In this document: one piece after another, positions 17,747 to 26,938 of the stretch
Numbering within the stretch: the stretch's first letter is position 1
How the letters are laid out: every line of letters begins with the position of its first letter
Origin: Candidatus Saccharimonadota bacterium
GTDB taxonomy: Bacteria; Patescibacteriota; Saccharimonadia; CAILAD01; BJGX01
NCBI GenBank assembly: GCA_016191105.1
Contig: JACPPH010000002.1
Span: 67,268 to 131,267 of the forward strand
Length of the DNA: 64,000 nt
Direction of reading: 5' to 3'
The notes under the pieces: generated by a model
What the model saw: only the letters and a program-made list of their open reading frames with translations
The model's database searches: none
Told to the model about the DNA's origin: nothing
Translations under genes and position numbers: made by a program

Positions 17747-17821
17747 TGGGGCGTAGCCAAGTGGTAAGGCACCGGTTTTTGGTACCGGCATTCGCAGGTT
17801 CGATCCCTGCCGCCCCAGCCA
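17747..17821 (+). tRNA. tRNA-Gln (anticodon TTG)
   Basis: Acceptor TGGGGCG/CGCCCCA, anticodon arm CCGGT-TT TTG GT-ACCGG, T arm GCAGG-TTCGATC-CCTGC, encoded CCA. Confidence 0.97.
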
Positions 17822-17967
17822 GCGAAAAGTGCCCGAGCTTGTCTCGGGTGTTTTTCGCTGGCGTGTGTGATATCGAACCGTAGAGCGTAGCGGAAGGTTC
17901 GGCGTAGCGAAATCCACGCACAGAAATATATTTCGAGCATGAATGAGTGAAGAAGGCGAGAGCCGCC

Positions 17968-17985
17968 TCCCTGCCGCCCCAGCCA
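17968..17985 (+). repeat. Exact 18-bp duplicate of the tRNA-Gln 3' end (att-like)
   Basis: TCCCTGCCGCCCCAGCCA is identical to 17804-17821. Confidence 0.9.
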
Positions 17986-18179
17986 TAGTGCCTATGCTCA
18001 AAATGACCCATTTGGGTCTTTTTTGATATTTACTCGCCAGGTGTGGCGATAGGCAGATCGGCAAATGGGCTAGAAACCAAGCAGAGTTACTAAGCAATCG
18101 CCCACGACAAGTCGAAATTAAGGCTTAAGAAAACTGGCTAGCTCCAGCAAAAATTAATCTTATATGTTACAATCTGACT

Positions 18180-18518
18180 ATGATTTCCGGGGTAAAAAGT
18201 AAGTTATTTACAACCTTGGTTACCATAGCGTTGCTGCTTGGTGGTTTAGCGATATTAAATTTCTACTCAATGTCAATGCAGCCCACCAGCGAACATTTCG
18301 ACTACAACACAACCTGTAAAATTGCTTGCTTTGGCCAGGCTATTGGTAATCTTGGTGCCGCTCCTACTAATCCTGAAAGTTTGGTACTAGTTTTATCGTT
18401 TGCAGGGCTGGTGGCTGGGTTTGCTGTCGGTACAACTAACACCGGGGTCTTTAACAAGGCCTTTCGTTATAGCCTAGGGCCGCCGCTCTACAAACGCTTT
18501 GAGTCTTATCGTGATTAA
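18180..18518 (+). CDS. Small membrane protein heading copper island; CutF/CruR-like leader candidate
   Basis: N-terminal TM, MSMQ..EH..CKIAC, second hydrophobic stretch, RYSLGPPLY near the C-terminus. Confidence 0.55.
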   Translation: MISGVKSKLFTTLVTIALLLGGLAILNFYSMSMQPTSEHFDYNTTCKIACFGQAIGNLGAAPTNPESLVLVLSFAGLVAGFAVGTTNTGVFNKAFRYSLGPPLYKRFESYRD

Positions 18519-18564
18519 AAAAATCTCTTGTAGTAGAAAGTACTTTACAAATTAAGGAGATAAT

Positions 18565-19101
18565 ATGAAATCTAAAATATGGCCTGTAGTGATAGGCTTA
18601 AGCGTGCTCGCGGTTGCGCTGTTTATCGGATTCGCTATTACTCGCCCCGATGTACCGCCAGGGCAGGCAAAGACCTCAAACACCACAAATAAATCAACTG
18701 ACTCCAATATAGTCTCGAACAGTGAGATCCATTGGCACCCAAAATTAGCGGTATATATTAACGGACAAAAACAAGAGATTCCAGCCGAAACAGGAATTGG
18801 TCAGCAGTATGCCAAAAGCCGTTGGTATGATTCTATGATGCAAATGGCGAACATACATACTCACGACAATAGTGGTCAATTGCATTGGGAAGTAATGGAG
18901 GGCCCGGTTCGAAAAGACCAAGTTCGTTTGAGTGCGTTTTTTGACGTTTGGGACAAGAAGTTCAGCAAAATCCAGGTGTTCGACAAGACCGACCCTAAAG
19001 GGTCAAAAATCACCATGACTGTTAATGGCCAGCCTAACAGTGAATTCGAAAACTACATGGTGGCCGACAATGATCAGATTGAAATAAAGTATCAAGATTA
19101 A
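18565..19101 (+). CDS. Membrane-anchored His-motif protein, putative metal-binding
   Basis: Signal anchor; IHWH, MMQMANIHTHD, LHWE. Confidence 0.65.
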   Translation: MKSKIWPVVIGLSVLAVALFIGFAITRPDVPPGQAKTSNTTNKSTDSNIVSNSEIHWHPKLAVYINGQKQEIPAETGIGQQYAKSRWYDSMMQMANIHTHDNSGQLHWEVMEGPVRKDQVRLSAFFDVWDKKFSKIQVFDKTDPKGSKITMTVNGQPNSEFENYMVADNDQIEIKYQD

Positions 19102-19111
19102 CAGGGAGATA

Positions 19112-19546
19112 ATGATGAAGCAGGAATCAATACTATATGGTGTGATTGGCTTACTAGTGGGTGTACTGTTGGCTATGTTTGTGTCAGCCATTGTTGCTAA
19201 TTCACAAAACCAAACAATGATGCGAGCGATGTGCATGAACACGGGCAACGGAATGAATGGCTCGTCGATGAGCATGGAGAATATGACGAACCAGCTCAAA
19301 GCCAAGTCTGGTAGTGAGTTTGAGAGGGCCTTCTTAGAACAAATGACTGTACACCACCAAGGGGCTATTGGTATGGCTAACCTGGTCTTACAAAAGTCCA
19401 CAAGACCGGAGTTGCGCAAACTTGCCGAAGACATCGTTGCTGCTCAGACCAAAGAAATCAACCAAATGAAAGAGTGGCAAACACAGTGGAGCTATGCAAC
19501 TAGTTCTAGCTCAAATAGTAGTAATATGGGTGGAATGGCTAATTAA
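19112..19546 (+). CDS. DUF305 (CopM-like) Met-rich protein
   Basis: FLEQMTVHHQGAIGMA, LAEDIVAAQTKEINQMKEW. Confidence 0.88.
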   Translation: MMKQESILYGVIGLLVGVLLAMFVSAIVANSQNQTMMRAMCMNTGNGMNGSSMSMENMTNQLKAKSGSEFERAFLEQMTVHHQGAIGMANLVLQKSTRPELRKLAEDIVAAQTKEINQMKEWQTQWSYATSSSSNSSNMGGMAN

Positions 19547-19630
19547 GTAAAAGTTTGCAGCTTTGTTGCCAACACAACTGAGCACTAACAGGTTAGCTGC
19601 TAGTTATAACGCCGATGCACAAGGCGGGGC

Positions 19631-19659
19631 TTGATTAATACCCCTCAGGGGTATACAAT
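19631..19659 (+). promoter_or_regulatory. Promoter with CsoR-type operator in the spacer
   Basis: TTGATT-17-TACAAT; palindrome ATACCCC-tca-GGGGTAT at 19638-19654, directly upstream of csoR. Confidence 0.85.
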
Positions 19660-19668
19660 AAAATCAAT

Positions 19669-19953
19669 ATGAATGCTGATATAAAAAAGCGCTATGTCCA
19701 TCGCACGAGGATTATCGAGGGTCAAATCCAAGGCCTACAAAAAATGATAGACAGTGAAGCCTATTGTATGGATGTATTGACGCAGAGCTTGGCTATTCAA
19801 CGGTCGCTCGCATCATTAAACAAGCTAGTGCTCGAGAACCATTTACGCACTCACATTACAGATATGTTTGGGGCCGGCGATAGCAAAGCCCAAAAAAAAG
19901 CGGTTGCTGAGCTGCTAAGCCTATACGAACTTAACAACATTCGGGGTAAGTAA
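19669..19953 (+). CDS. csoR: CsoR/RcnR family metal-sensing repressor
   Basis: RIIEGQIQGLQKMI..YCMDVLTQ..LENHLRTHI. Confidence 0.9.
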   Translation: MNADIKKRYVHRTRIIEGQIQGLQKMIDSEAYCMDVLTQSLAIQRSLASLNKLVLENHLRTHITDMFGAGDSKAQKKAVAELLSLYELNNIRGK

Positions 19954-20231
19954 TGTTAGGCAAGCGTTTGCGGGAGTTTATGCGGTGTCATCAGGGCAAA
20001 GTTAACCTATTGCTACATGTTGTTGGTTATTCTCTGGTTGGTGTTGGTATTTGGCAGAAGAGTTTCTGGTATGTGATTGCGGGTGCGATAGTTCAAGAGC
20101 TTGGTCATTTTTATCAGTACGTCAAGACCAAAAACTACAAAGACAGCCCACTTTATTGTCTAAGATCGCAGGTATTATTTGCGCTGCCGGCTTTAAGCTT
20201 AATACTTATTTACATTTGGATAGCACGGTAA
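19953..20231 (+). CDS. Small membrane protein, DUF962/Mpo1-like
   Basis: HQGKVNLLLHVVG and QELGH motifs. Confidence 0.6.
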   Translation: MLGKRLREFMRCHQGKVNLLLHVVGYSLVGVGIWQKSFWYVIAGAIVQELGHFYQYVKTKNYKDSPLYCLRSQVLFALPALSLILIYIWIAR

Positions 20232-20376
20232 GTTGCCAAAAATGACTATAGCCAACCCCGTTCATCACGGCAGCCAACAAGATAGCGCTAAACATGCTGG
20301 CCGCCTAATAGCTATGTTTAGCAATAAGTTTTAGGAAGGTATTAACCAACAATTTAAGTCACAAAGATTAACAATA

Positions 20377-22533
20377 ATGGAGTCAAAAATGTCTAAACAT
20401 CAAATCAATTCTAATAACGAAGCCATGCAAGGCATGACAGAATCAGAACATCATATGCATCACATGTCTGAGGGAAACATGACACGGTGGCAGAAATTTA
20501 AAATGAGTATGACTATGACCATGGGTATGGATCATAGCGGACTGGCCGGCCGCGAAATGGCCAAAATGATGGAAATAGACATTCGCAATAAATTCTTTTT
20601 TGCTCTAATACTATCTGTGCCGATCATTGCTTATTCGCCACTCGGAACTAGCATTCTAAAGTTGAGCTTGCCCCAGCCGATCCCGGCAGCTTGGATACTG
20701 TTGATTCTTACGACACCGGTATTCTTCTATGCCGGCTGGATATTTTTGTACTCTAGCTATCATGCGCTAAAAGCCAGGACACTCAATATGGCTGTTTTGA
20801 TTGCGGTTGGTATATCGGCGGCGTATTTTGCAAGTATTTTGCTGACCTTGGTAGGCAGTTCGGAATCGTATTATGAGGCTGCTGCTCTGTTGATTACTTT
20901 CGTGTTGTTTGGTCACTGGATGGAAATGAAGTCTCGGCGCGGAACAACCGATGCCTTACAGGCTCTGTTTGATCTGGTGCCACCTCAGGCCCGGCTAATA
21001 CGGGGCAATAAAGAGGTTATGGTATCGACCAGCGAGGTGCGAGTTGGCGACATCTTGGTATTAAAACCGGGCGACAAAGTTCCGGTTGACGGCGAAGTGA
21101 TAAGTGGTCAAACGTCTATCGATGAAGCCCTTGTAACGGGCGAGTCGCTACCTGTTAGTAAACAAAAGGGTGACCCCGTAACCGGCGGATCTATCAATCA
21201 ATCTGGAACCGTCCGAATCAAGGCTACCAAGGTAGGATCAGATACGGTTTTGGCTCAAATTGTTAAAATGGTTGAAAACGCCCAAAACTCCAAGGCGCCT
21301 GGCCAGCGCCTGGCCGATAAATTTGCCGGCTATTTAGTAATCTTGGCCATATCGGCTGGGTTGCTAACCTTTGCGGCTTGGGCTGTGTTTTCTAATCAGG
21401 GTTGGCTATTTGCACTAACCCTAGCAATATCGGCTGTGGTAATAGCCTGCCCCGATGCACTTGGCCTAGCCACGCCCACCGCCGTAGCCGTGGGCACTGG
21501 TTTGGGTGCCAAACATAACATTCTTATAAAAGATGCTGCTACGCTTGAGCAAACTGCCAAGATCCAAGCCGTTGTACTCGACAAAACTGGCACTCTCACC
21601 GAAGGCAATCCCCAGGTTACCGATGTAGTAAGCGTGGCTGGTTTCAAAAAAGACCATCTTATAGAATTGGTTGCCGCCGCCGAGGCTGGCTCTAGCCACC
21701 CCTTGGCGCAAACCATCATCAACGAAGCTCATAAGCGCCGCCTTAAGTTGGTGGCCGTCAAGCGGTTTAATAATATTGCTGGGCTTGGTGTGGAAGCGGT
21801 GGTAGAAGGTAAGCGAGTACTGGTAGGAACCGAGCGGCTTATGAAAAATCGCAAGCTCTCAACTAAAGCCATTCAGGCCGACATCGACAGGTTGCTAGCA
21901 GAGGGCAAGACCCTCATGATTATTGCCATTAACGACAAGGTATCTGGTGTTATAGCGGCCTCGGACAAGATTAAGCCGACCGCCCAAAATGCCATTACCG
22001 CTATGCAGCAACTTGGTTTAGAGATTGTTATGATTACTGGTGATAATCAGAAGACCGCAGACATCGTTGCTAAGCAACTAGGTATTAAGCGTTATTTTGC
22101 CGAGGTCTTGCCTGCCCAAAAAGAAAGTTATGTAAAAAAACTTCAAAGCGAAGGCCGGTTTACGGCTATGGTTGGAGATGGGGTTAACGATGCGCCGGCG
22201 TTAGCCCAAGCCGATATTGGTATTGCTATCGGGGCGGGTACAGATGTGGCTATAGCAACAGCAAAAATTGTTTTAATGAAGTCTGATCCGACCGATATCA
22301 TAAGGGCTATTCGTTTGAGCAAAGCCACTATTCGTAAAATGAAGCAAAATTTAGGCTGGGCGAGTGTCTATAACATTGCTGCCATTCCTATTGCTGCCGG
22401 AGTATTATATCCAGCTTATGGCGTTTATCTTAGACCAGAGTTCGCGGCGCTTCTAATGTCGGTTTCGTCAATTTTTGTGGCCGTGAATGCGGTTATGCTA
22501 AAACGGGCCGAAAAGCAGCTGTTAACGGTGTAG
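20377..22533 (+). CDS. Copper-type P1B ATPase with His/Met-rich N-terminus
   Basis: TGES, ACPDALGLATP, DKTGT, HP, GDGVNDAP, YN and MSxSS Cu-type helices. Confidence 0.93.
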   Translation: MESKMSKHQINSNNEAMQGMTESEHHMHHMSEGNMTRWQKFKMSMTMTMGMDHSGLAGREMAKMMEIDIRNKFFFALILSVPIIAYSPLGTSILKLSLPQPIPAAWILLILTTPVFFYAGWIFLYSSYHALKARTLNMAVLIAVGISAAYFASILLTLVGSSESYYEAAALLITFVLFGHWMEMKSRRGTTDALQALFDLVPPQARLIRGNKEVMVSTSEVRVGDILVLKPGDKVPVDGEVISGQTSIDEALVTGESLPVSKQKGDPVTGGSINQSGTVRIKATKVGSDTVLAQIVKMVENAQNSKAPGQRLADKFAGYLVILAISAGLLTFAAWAVFSNQGWLFALTLAISAVVIACPDALGLATPTAVAVGTGLGAKHNILIKDAATLEQTAKIQAVVLDKTGTLTEGNPQVTDVVSVAGFKKDHLIELVAAAEAGSSHPLAQTIINEAHKRRLKLVAVKRFNNIAGLGVEAVVEGKRVLVGTERLMKNRKLSTKAIQADIDRLLAEGKTLMIIAINDKVSGVIAASDKIKPTAQNAITAMQQLGLEIVMITGDNQKTADIVAKQLGIKRYFAEVLPAQKESYVKKLQSEGRFTAMVGDGVNDAPALAQADIGIAIGAGTDVAIATAKIVLMKSDPTDIIRAIRLSKATIRKMKQNLGWASVYNIAAIPIAAGVLYPAYGVYLRPEFAALLMSVSSIFVAVNAVMLKRAEKQLLTV

Positions 22534-22675
22534 ATCGACTATTGGTAAGCGCCCTAGCTTAAGTAGTGTATCGCAACTTACGGCCAGATTTTTAGAGGAG
22601 TGCTTACCGATAGCTAACGATTGTGGTAGTAGCCAATGCCTAGGTGTTTTGTAAAACTAAGTTATAATTGTGGTT

Positions 22676-23551
22676 ATGCATAGCCACGACCGCCAGGCCT
22701 CAAGGTCTTTTAAGTTTGTAATTGGATTTATATTAAACACTGGCTTTACGGTGTTGGAGTTTGTTGTCGGCATAATGGCTGGCAGTTTGGCTCTTGTTTC
22801 AGATGCCTCGCACAATTTAACCGACTCGCTGAGTATAGCCATTGCCTTTGGTGGCGAGCGAGTGTCTAGTCGTCAGGCCAATGATAGCAAGAGTTATGGC
22901 TTTGGCCGGGTTTCGATTGTCACAGCTCTTATAAATGGCGTATTGCTATTCGCGGTGGCTGCCTATATTTTTTACGAAGCTTATTTACGAATCTTGAACC
23001 CCGAACCGGTCAAAGGGGGTTTAGTTGCAATTGTGGCCTTGGCTGGCATTCTTATAAATGGTGTAGTGGCTTTGCTGTTTTACAAAGACAAAGACGACCT
23101 CAATGTTAAAAGTACCTTCTTAAATATGGCCTTTGATACGCTTAGCTCGGTCGGCGCAATGATTGCTGGTCTTATTATACTCGTAACCGGCAATACGCTG
23201 GTCGATCCAATAATTGGCATCCTAATTGGCTGTATGCTTGTTTTTAGTGCCTATGGCGTGGTTCGGGATGCTTTACACATATTGTTAGAGGGTACCCCCA
23301 AAGATATCGATAGTTCTGAAATTGCTAATTTTATCTTGTCGTTCCCGCATGTCAAAGGAGTAGACGATCTACATATATGGTCGATCTCGTCGCATTATCT
23401 AGCTATGAGTTGCCATATTGTTATTGAAGAGGAAAATTTGCAGAGTAGCGTTGACCAAGTTAAGGCTATTAAAAAACAACTGCTAGGCAAATATCAAATC
23501 CAGCACGCCACGATTGAGACCGAGCTTAAGCATTGCGAGCCAAAGCACTAG
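22676..23551 (+). CDS. Cation diffusion facilitator (CzcD/ZitB-like)
   Basis: SLALVSDASHNLTD, YGFGR, DLHIWS, HATIE. Confidence 0.93.
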   Translation: MHSHDRQASRSFKFVIGFILNTGFTVLEFVVGIMAGSLALVSDASHNLTDSLSIAIAFGGERVSSRQANDSKSYGFGRVSIVTALINGVLLFAVAAYIFYEAYLRILNPEPVKGGLVAIVALAGILINGVVALLFYKDKDDLNVKSTFLNMAFDTLSSVGAMIAGLIILVTGNTLVDPIIGILIGCMLVFSAYGVVRDALHILLEGTPKDIDSSEIANFILSFPHVKGVDDLHIWSISSHYLAMSCHIVIEEENLQSSVDQVKAIKKQLLGKYQIQHATIETELKHCEPKH

Positions 23552-23648
23552 TTGGTCTGTTGGGGTAGCTATACGCCGAACCGGGGCTTGGGCGTATGGC
23601 TAATAAGTTATGGTCTAGCTCACAACGCTCAGCCGGTATACTTATATC

Positions 23649-23676
23649 AAAAAAAGACCCAAGCAGGTCTTTTTTT
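23649..23676. terminator. Bidirectional intrinsic terminator
   Basis: AAAAAAAGACC-caagca-GGTCTTTTTTT between convergent genes. Confidence 0.8.
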
Positions 23677-23689
23677 GAGTAATTTGAAC

Positions 23690-24307
23690 TTACTTATTTT
23701 TGCGTAGAGAACGGAGTTTGAGTGTAAGCCCTGTTAGGGCGCCGCCAGCCAACGCCACCGAAAGAGTGTCGGCTCCTCCGCCGGTGGTAGGTAGAGCAGG
23801 TGTGCTAAGAGCTACCGTGGGAGTTACGGGTGCTGGGGGTGGAGTTGGTTTGCATTCTGCGCCGCCATGGCTCGAAGACACAAACTGACCTGCAGTGTAG
23901 TCGTTGGTATTGCCACTTGGCCCAAATGGGCTTAAGCCGCGCAGCAAATCGATCTGGTAAAAGCACTGGGGCTTTTTGACTGTTAGACTACTAAAACCAG
24001 CTGGAAATGTTCCGCTTTTGGAATCTACAAACTTTTGCTGATCAAATGGCTTGCCGTCAACGCCATTGGGCGCGTCCCAGGCGGCTACAGTCACATCTTT
24101 AGTGCAAGCAGTGCTGTCGACTGTATTCTTTACCTCGAAGGTAGCGGTAACAGTATCGGCACCAACCGAATAGCTTCTGGCAAAAACTTCACATTTGTTA
24201 TTTGGTTGATCTGCAGCTTTGGCTACATTACCTGCATGAAAGCCAACCCCAACAACTGCGGCTGCAATTGTCAGGACTCCATAATTAACTATTTTACGAA
24301 CATTCAT
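23690..24307 (-). CDS. Secreted Cys-containing surface protein with LPxTG-like sorting signal
   Basis: Signal peptide; Pro/Thr linker; LPTTG, weakly hydrophobic segment, KLRSLRKNK; promoter TTGACA-17-TAGACT at 24350-24378. Confidence 0.7.
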   Translation of the reverse strand: MNVRKIVNYGVLTIAAAVVGVGFHAGNVAKAADQPNNKCEVFARSYSVGADTVTATFEVKNTVDSTACTKDVTVAAWDAPNGVDGKPFDQQKFVDSKSGTFPAGFSSLTVKKPQCFYQIDLLRGLSPFGPSGNTNDYTAGQFVSSSHGGAECKPTPPPAPVTPTVALSTPALPTTGGGADTLSVALAGGALTGLTLKLRSLRKNK

Positions 24308-24485
24308 ATAAGCTGTCCTTTCTTGTGCTAGCTGTATAATGTTGAGTGGAGTCTATCATATATTAATACAGATGTCAATAGCAATTTGCTTATGTTTATC
24401 TGGGCAGACCCAATTGGTGTATAATTAGGGCAGTTCTAACCTGGAACAACGCCCAACTAATTATAATTTCAATTAAGGAGAGAAC

Positions 24486-24986
24486 ATGTCGGAACTTCCA
24501 ATACGGCCAGAATCGACTCCGCCGAAGGCAGAGACTGGGCGGAAAGATGTAATAGTTAAACACTTATCTGGAAATGAAGATTTGACACAAGCTTTTGATG
24601 TTCGACGCACAGTTTTTCACGATGAACAGGGGATCTCTGAAGAAGACGATTTTGATGGCCTAGATATACAGGCAGACCACTTTATTGCTTTCGATGGAGA
24701 TAAGCCTGTTGGAACGGCACGTGTAAGATATATAGACGGGAAAGCGAAAGTTGAACGGGTTGCCGTTCTAAAGCCGTCTAGGGGTAAAGGTGTTGGCGAG
24801 GAGATGATGCGTGATATTTTGGATTTCATTGCCAAAAATGGAATAAATGAAGTTTACCTAGATTCGCAGACAAGTGCATCTCGCCTATATGAGAAAGTAG
24901 GGTTTGTTAAAGAGGGCGAAGAATTCGAAGAGGTTGGCATTCCGCATGTCAAAATGGTAGCTAAGCTTGATGAAAAAAGTAGTTAA
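24486..24986 (+). CDS. GNAT acetyltransferase (ElaA/YjcF-like)
   Basis: VRRTVFHDEQG, PVGTAR, RVAVL..RGKGVG, IPHVKM. Confidence 0.9.
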   Translation: MSELPIRPESTPPKAETGRKDVIVKHLSGNEDLTQAFDVRRTVFHDEQGISEEDDFDGLDIQADHFIAFDGDKPVGTARVRYIDGKAKVERVAVLKPSRGKGVGEEMMRDILDFIAKNGINEVYLDSQTSASRLYEKVGFVKEGEEFEEVGIPHVKMVAKLDEKSS

Positions 24987-25407
24987 AACTGCCTCGGTAA
25001 TGATTTTAAATAACCACAAGATCCTACTCCTTTTAAGAGATGATAGGCCCGATTTGGTTAATCCCAACACCTGGTGTCTAATTGGGGGCTATGTAGAGAA
25101 CAAGGAAAGCGAAAAGGCTGCCGCACACCGTGAGGCCAAAGAAGAAACAGGACTGAGCTTAGATCGGCTCGACTATATAGGTACTCACGAATATACGAAA
25201 GGCTATACTACGGCCACCTTTTTATCAGTTGTTAGTGATTTACTGGCTAAAGAAGCGAAGCTCGGAGATGAGGGTCAAGAAATCCGCTTTTTCAGCTTTG
25301 ACGAGTTGTCTAAGGTCCCTTTGAGCGGCTCTATAAGAAAGTATTATAATGACTATCAAGAGGAGCTTAAGAGTTTAATGGAGACTGAAGAACCAAAACG
25401 GTTCTAA
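24970..25407 (+). CDS. NUDIX hydrolase
   Basis: GGYVENKESEKAAAHREAKEETGL Nudix box. Confidence 0.9.
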   Translation: MKKVVKTASVMILNNHKILLLLRDDRPDLVNPNTWCLIGGYVENKESEKAAAHREAKEETGLSLDRLDYIGTHEYTKGYTTATFLSVVSDLLAKEAKLGDEGQEIRFFSFDELSKVPLSGSIRKYYNDYQEELKSLMETEEPKRF

Positions 25408-25439
25408 CCCAGGGTGCAACGCCCAGCCAGGAAATTATT

Positions 25440-26030
25440 ATGAACACCGAGATAGAAGCAACATTTCTTGAAATAGATCATGACAAAATCAGACGTAAAC
25501 TCAAAGATCTAAACGCAAAGTTGATTAGTCCAGAGGTACTCACGCGGCGTACAATCTACGACTATGATGATTTGCGACTTGATAAAAAAGCAGCATGGAT
25601 TCGTATTCGGGACAACGGCGAGAAGATCACCATGGGCTTTAAGCAGAGGCAGACAGAAACAATAGAGGGAATGAAAGAAGTCGAGTTTGAGGTGTCTAGC
25701 TACGACGCTGCAAGAAAGTTTATGGAGTCGATTGGGCTGACCGTAAAAGCCGTGCAGGAATCTAAGCGAGAAATTTGGCAGTATGGTGATTGCGAAATTA
25801 TGCTAGATACTTGGCCATGGATTCCTCCATATGTGGAGGTAGAAGGCCCAAGTGAAGAAGCTGTTAAAGATTGCTCTAAGGATCTAGGCCTAAATTGGAA
25901 CCAAGCTATGTTCGATAGCACAGATGCTATTTACATGAAGTACTACAATGTTACAAGAACCGAGATTTCAACTATTCCAATAAAGTTTGGTGATTTGCCT
26001 AAGAGTATGAGGGCCAAAGAAATTTCTTAA
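25440..26030 (+). CDS. CYTH domain protein (class IV adenylate cyclase-like)
   Basis: EIEATF, WIRIRD, KREIW, YVEVEG. Confidence 0.88.
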   Translation: MNTEIEATFLEIDHDKIRRKLKDLNAKLISPEVLTRRTIYDYDDLRLDKKAAWIRIRDNGEKITMGFKQRQTETIEGMKEVEFEVSSYDAARKFMESIGLTVKAVQESKREIWQYGDCEIMLDTWPWIPPYVEVEGPSEEAVKDCSKDLGLNWNQAMFDSTDAIYMKYYNVTRTEISTIPIKFGDLPKSMRAKEIS

Positions 26031-26044
26031 ACAATAATAAATTG

Positions 26045-26938
26045 ATGAAAAAAACAGTCAATCACAAAGCGCCGTTTGATCTGCGCAATCAAAACAGCTT
26101 TTTTGGCAGCTGGCCTGTAATTGACGACACAGATCAAAACTACGCTATTGCAATTGCTTTTCCAGTCGAGGGCTGGCAGGAGTCGGCTTGTGTCGTTGTG
26201 TCTCAAAACCAAGTTGGTGAACTGACCGCTGAAGCCAATGTCGTAAAAGATTCAAAACGAGCAATCGACCAAGCCCTAGCCACACTGTCGTTAGATGTTG
26301 ACGATACAGGTTGGGAGGGGGTCGGGCAGGCAGACAGAGTAATTGGTGAGCTGCAACACAAGTACAGCTATTTACGACCGGTGCTGTTTCACTCGCCATA
26401 CGAGGCTGCAGCTGGGTTTGTAATCGGGCAACGAATATCCGTTAAGCAGCGCCAAGCAATTCAGCAAAGGTTAGCCGAAGAGCTAGGCGATGAAATCGAA
26501 GTTGAGGGTAAGAAATACCACGCGTTTCCGCAACCACAGAAGTTATTGGAGGTAACTGAACACAAGGGTCTAAACGAAACTAAGCTAGAGCGTCTAAAAG
26601 GTGTTGCCCAGGCAGCGCTCGATGGTACGTTAACACGCGAACACTTGTTGGGCGTGAGCCCAGAGAAGGTACTCGAAAAGCTACAGGCCTTGCCTGGCAT
26701 TGGTCCATTTTATGCCAGCGGGATACTTTATCGTGGTGCCGGGGTTGTCGATGATATAACCGACGACAAGTTGACCAAGTATGTTATTAAAAAGGCCTAC
26801 AGGCTCGATAGCGAACCAAACCAAAAAGAGGCTTTGCAAATTGCCGAAAAGTGGAAGCCATATAGAATGTGGTGCGAAGTTTTATTGCATGTATGGTTGC
26901 GCCGCGAAGTTGGCATGCCTAAAATGGGGGAACGATGA
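26045..26938 (+). CDS. alkA: AlkA-family DNA-3-methyladenine glycosylase
   Basis: IGQRIS, AFPQP, HhH LPGIGPF, AEKWKPYR. Confidence 0.85.
   Translation: MKKTVNHKAPFDLRNQNSFFGSWPVIDDTDQNYAIAIAFPVEGWQESACVVVSQNQVGELTAEANVVKDSKRAIDQALATLSLDVDDTGWEGVGQADRVIGELQHKYSYLRPVLFHSPYEAAAGFVIGQRISVKQRQAIQQRLAEELGDEIEVEGKKYHAFPQPQKLLEVTEHKGLNETKLERLKGVAQAALDGTLTREHLLGVSPEKVLEKLQALPGIGPFYASGILYRGAGVVDDITDDKLTKYVIKKAYRLDSEPNQKEALQIAEKWKPYRMWCEVLLHVWLRREVGMPKMGER

Noticed and set aside
17697-18097. Minus-strand ORFs over the tRNA
   Set aside because: Antisense to tRNA-Gln.
20241-20333. 30-aa His-containing ORF before the P1B ATPase
   Set aside because: No SD or promoter support; may be chance.
22539-22613. 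NiCo (czcD) riboswitch upstream of the CDF gene
   Set aside because: Only one stem (CTATTGGTAAGC/GCTTACCGATAG) is visible, without a four-way junction, and a -10 lies downstream of it.
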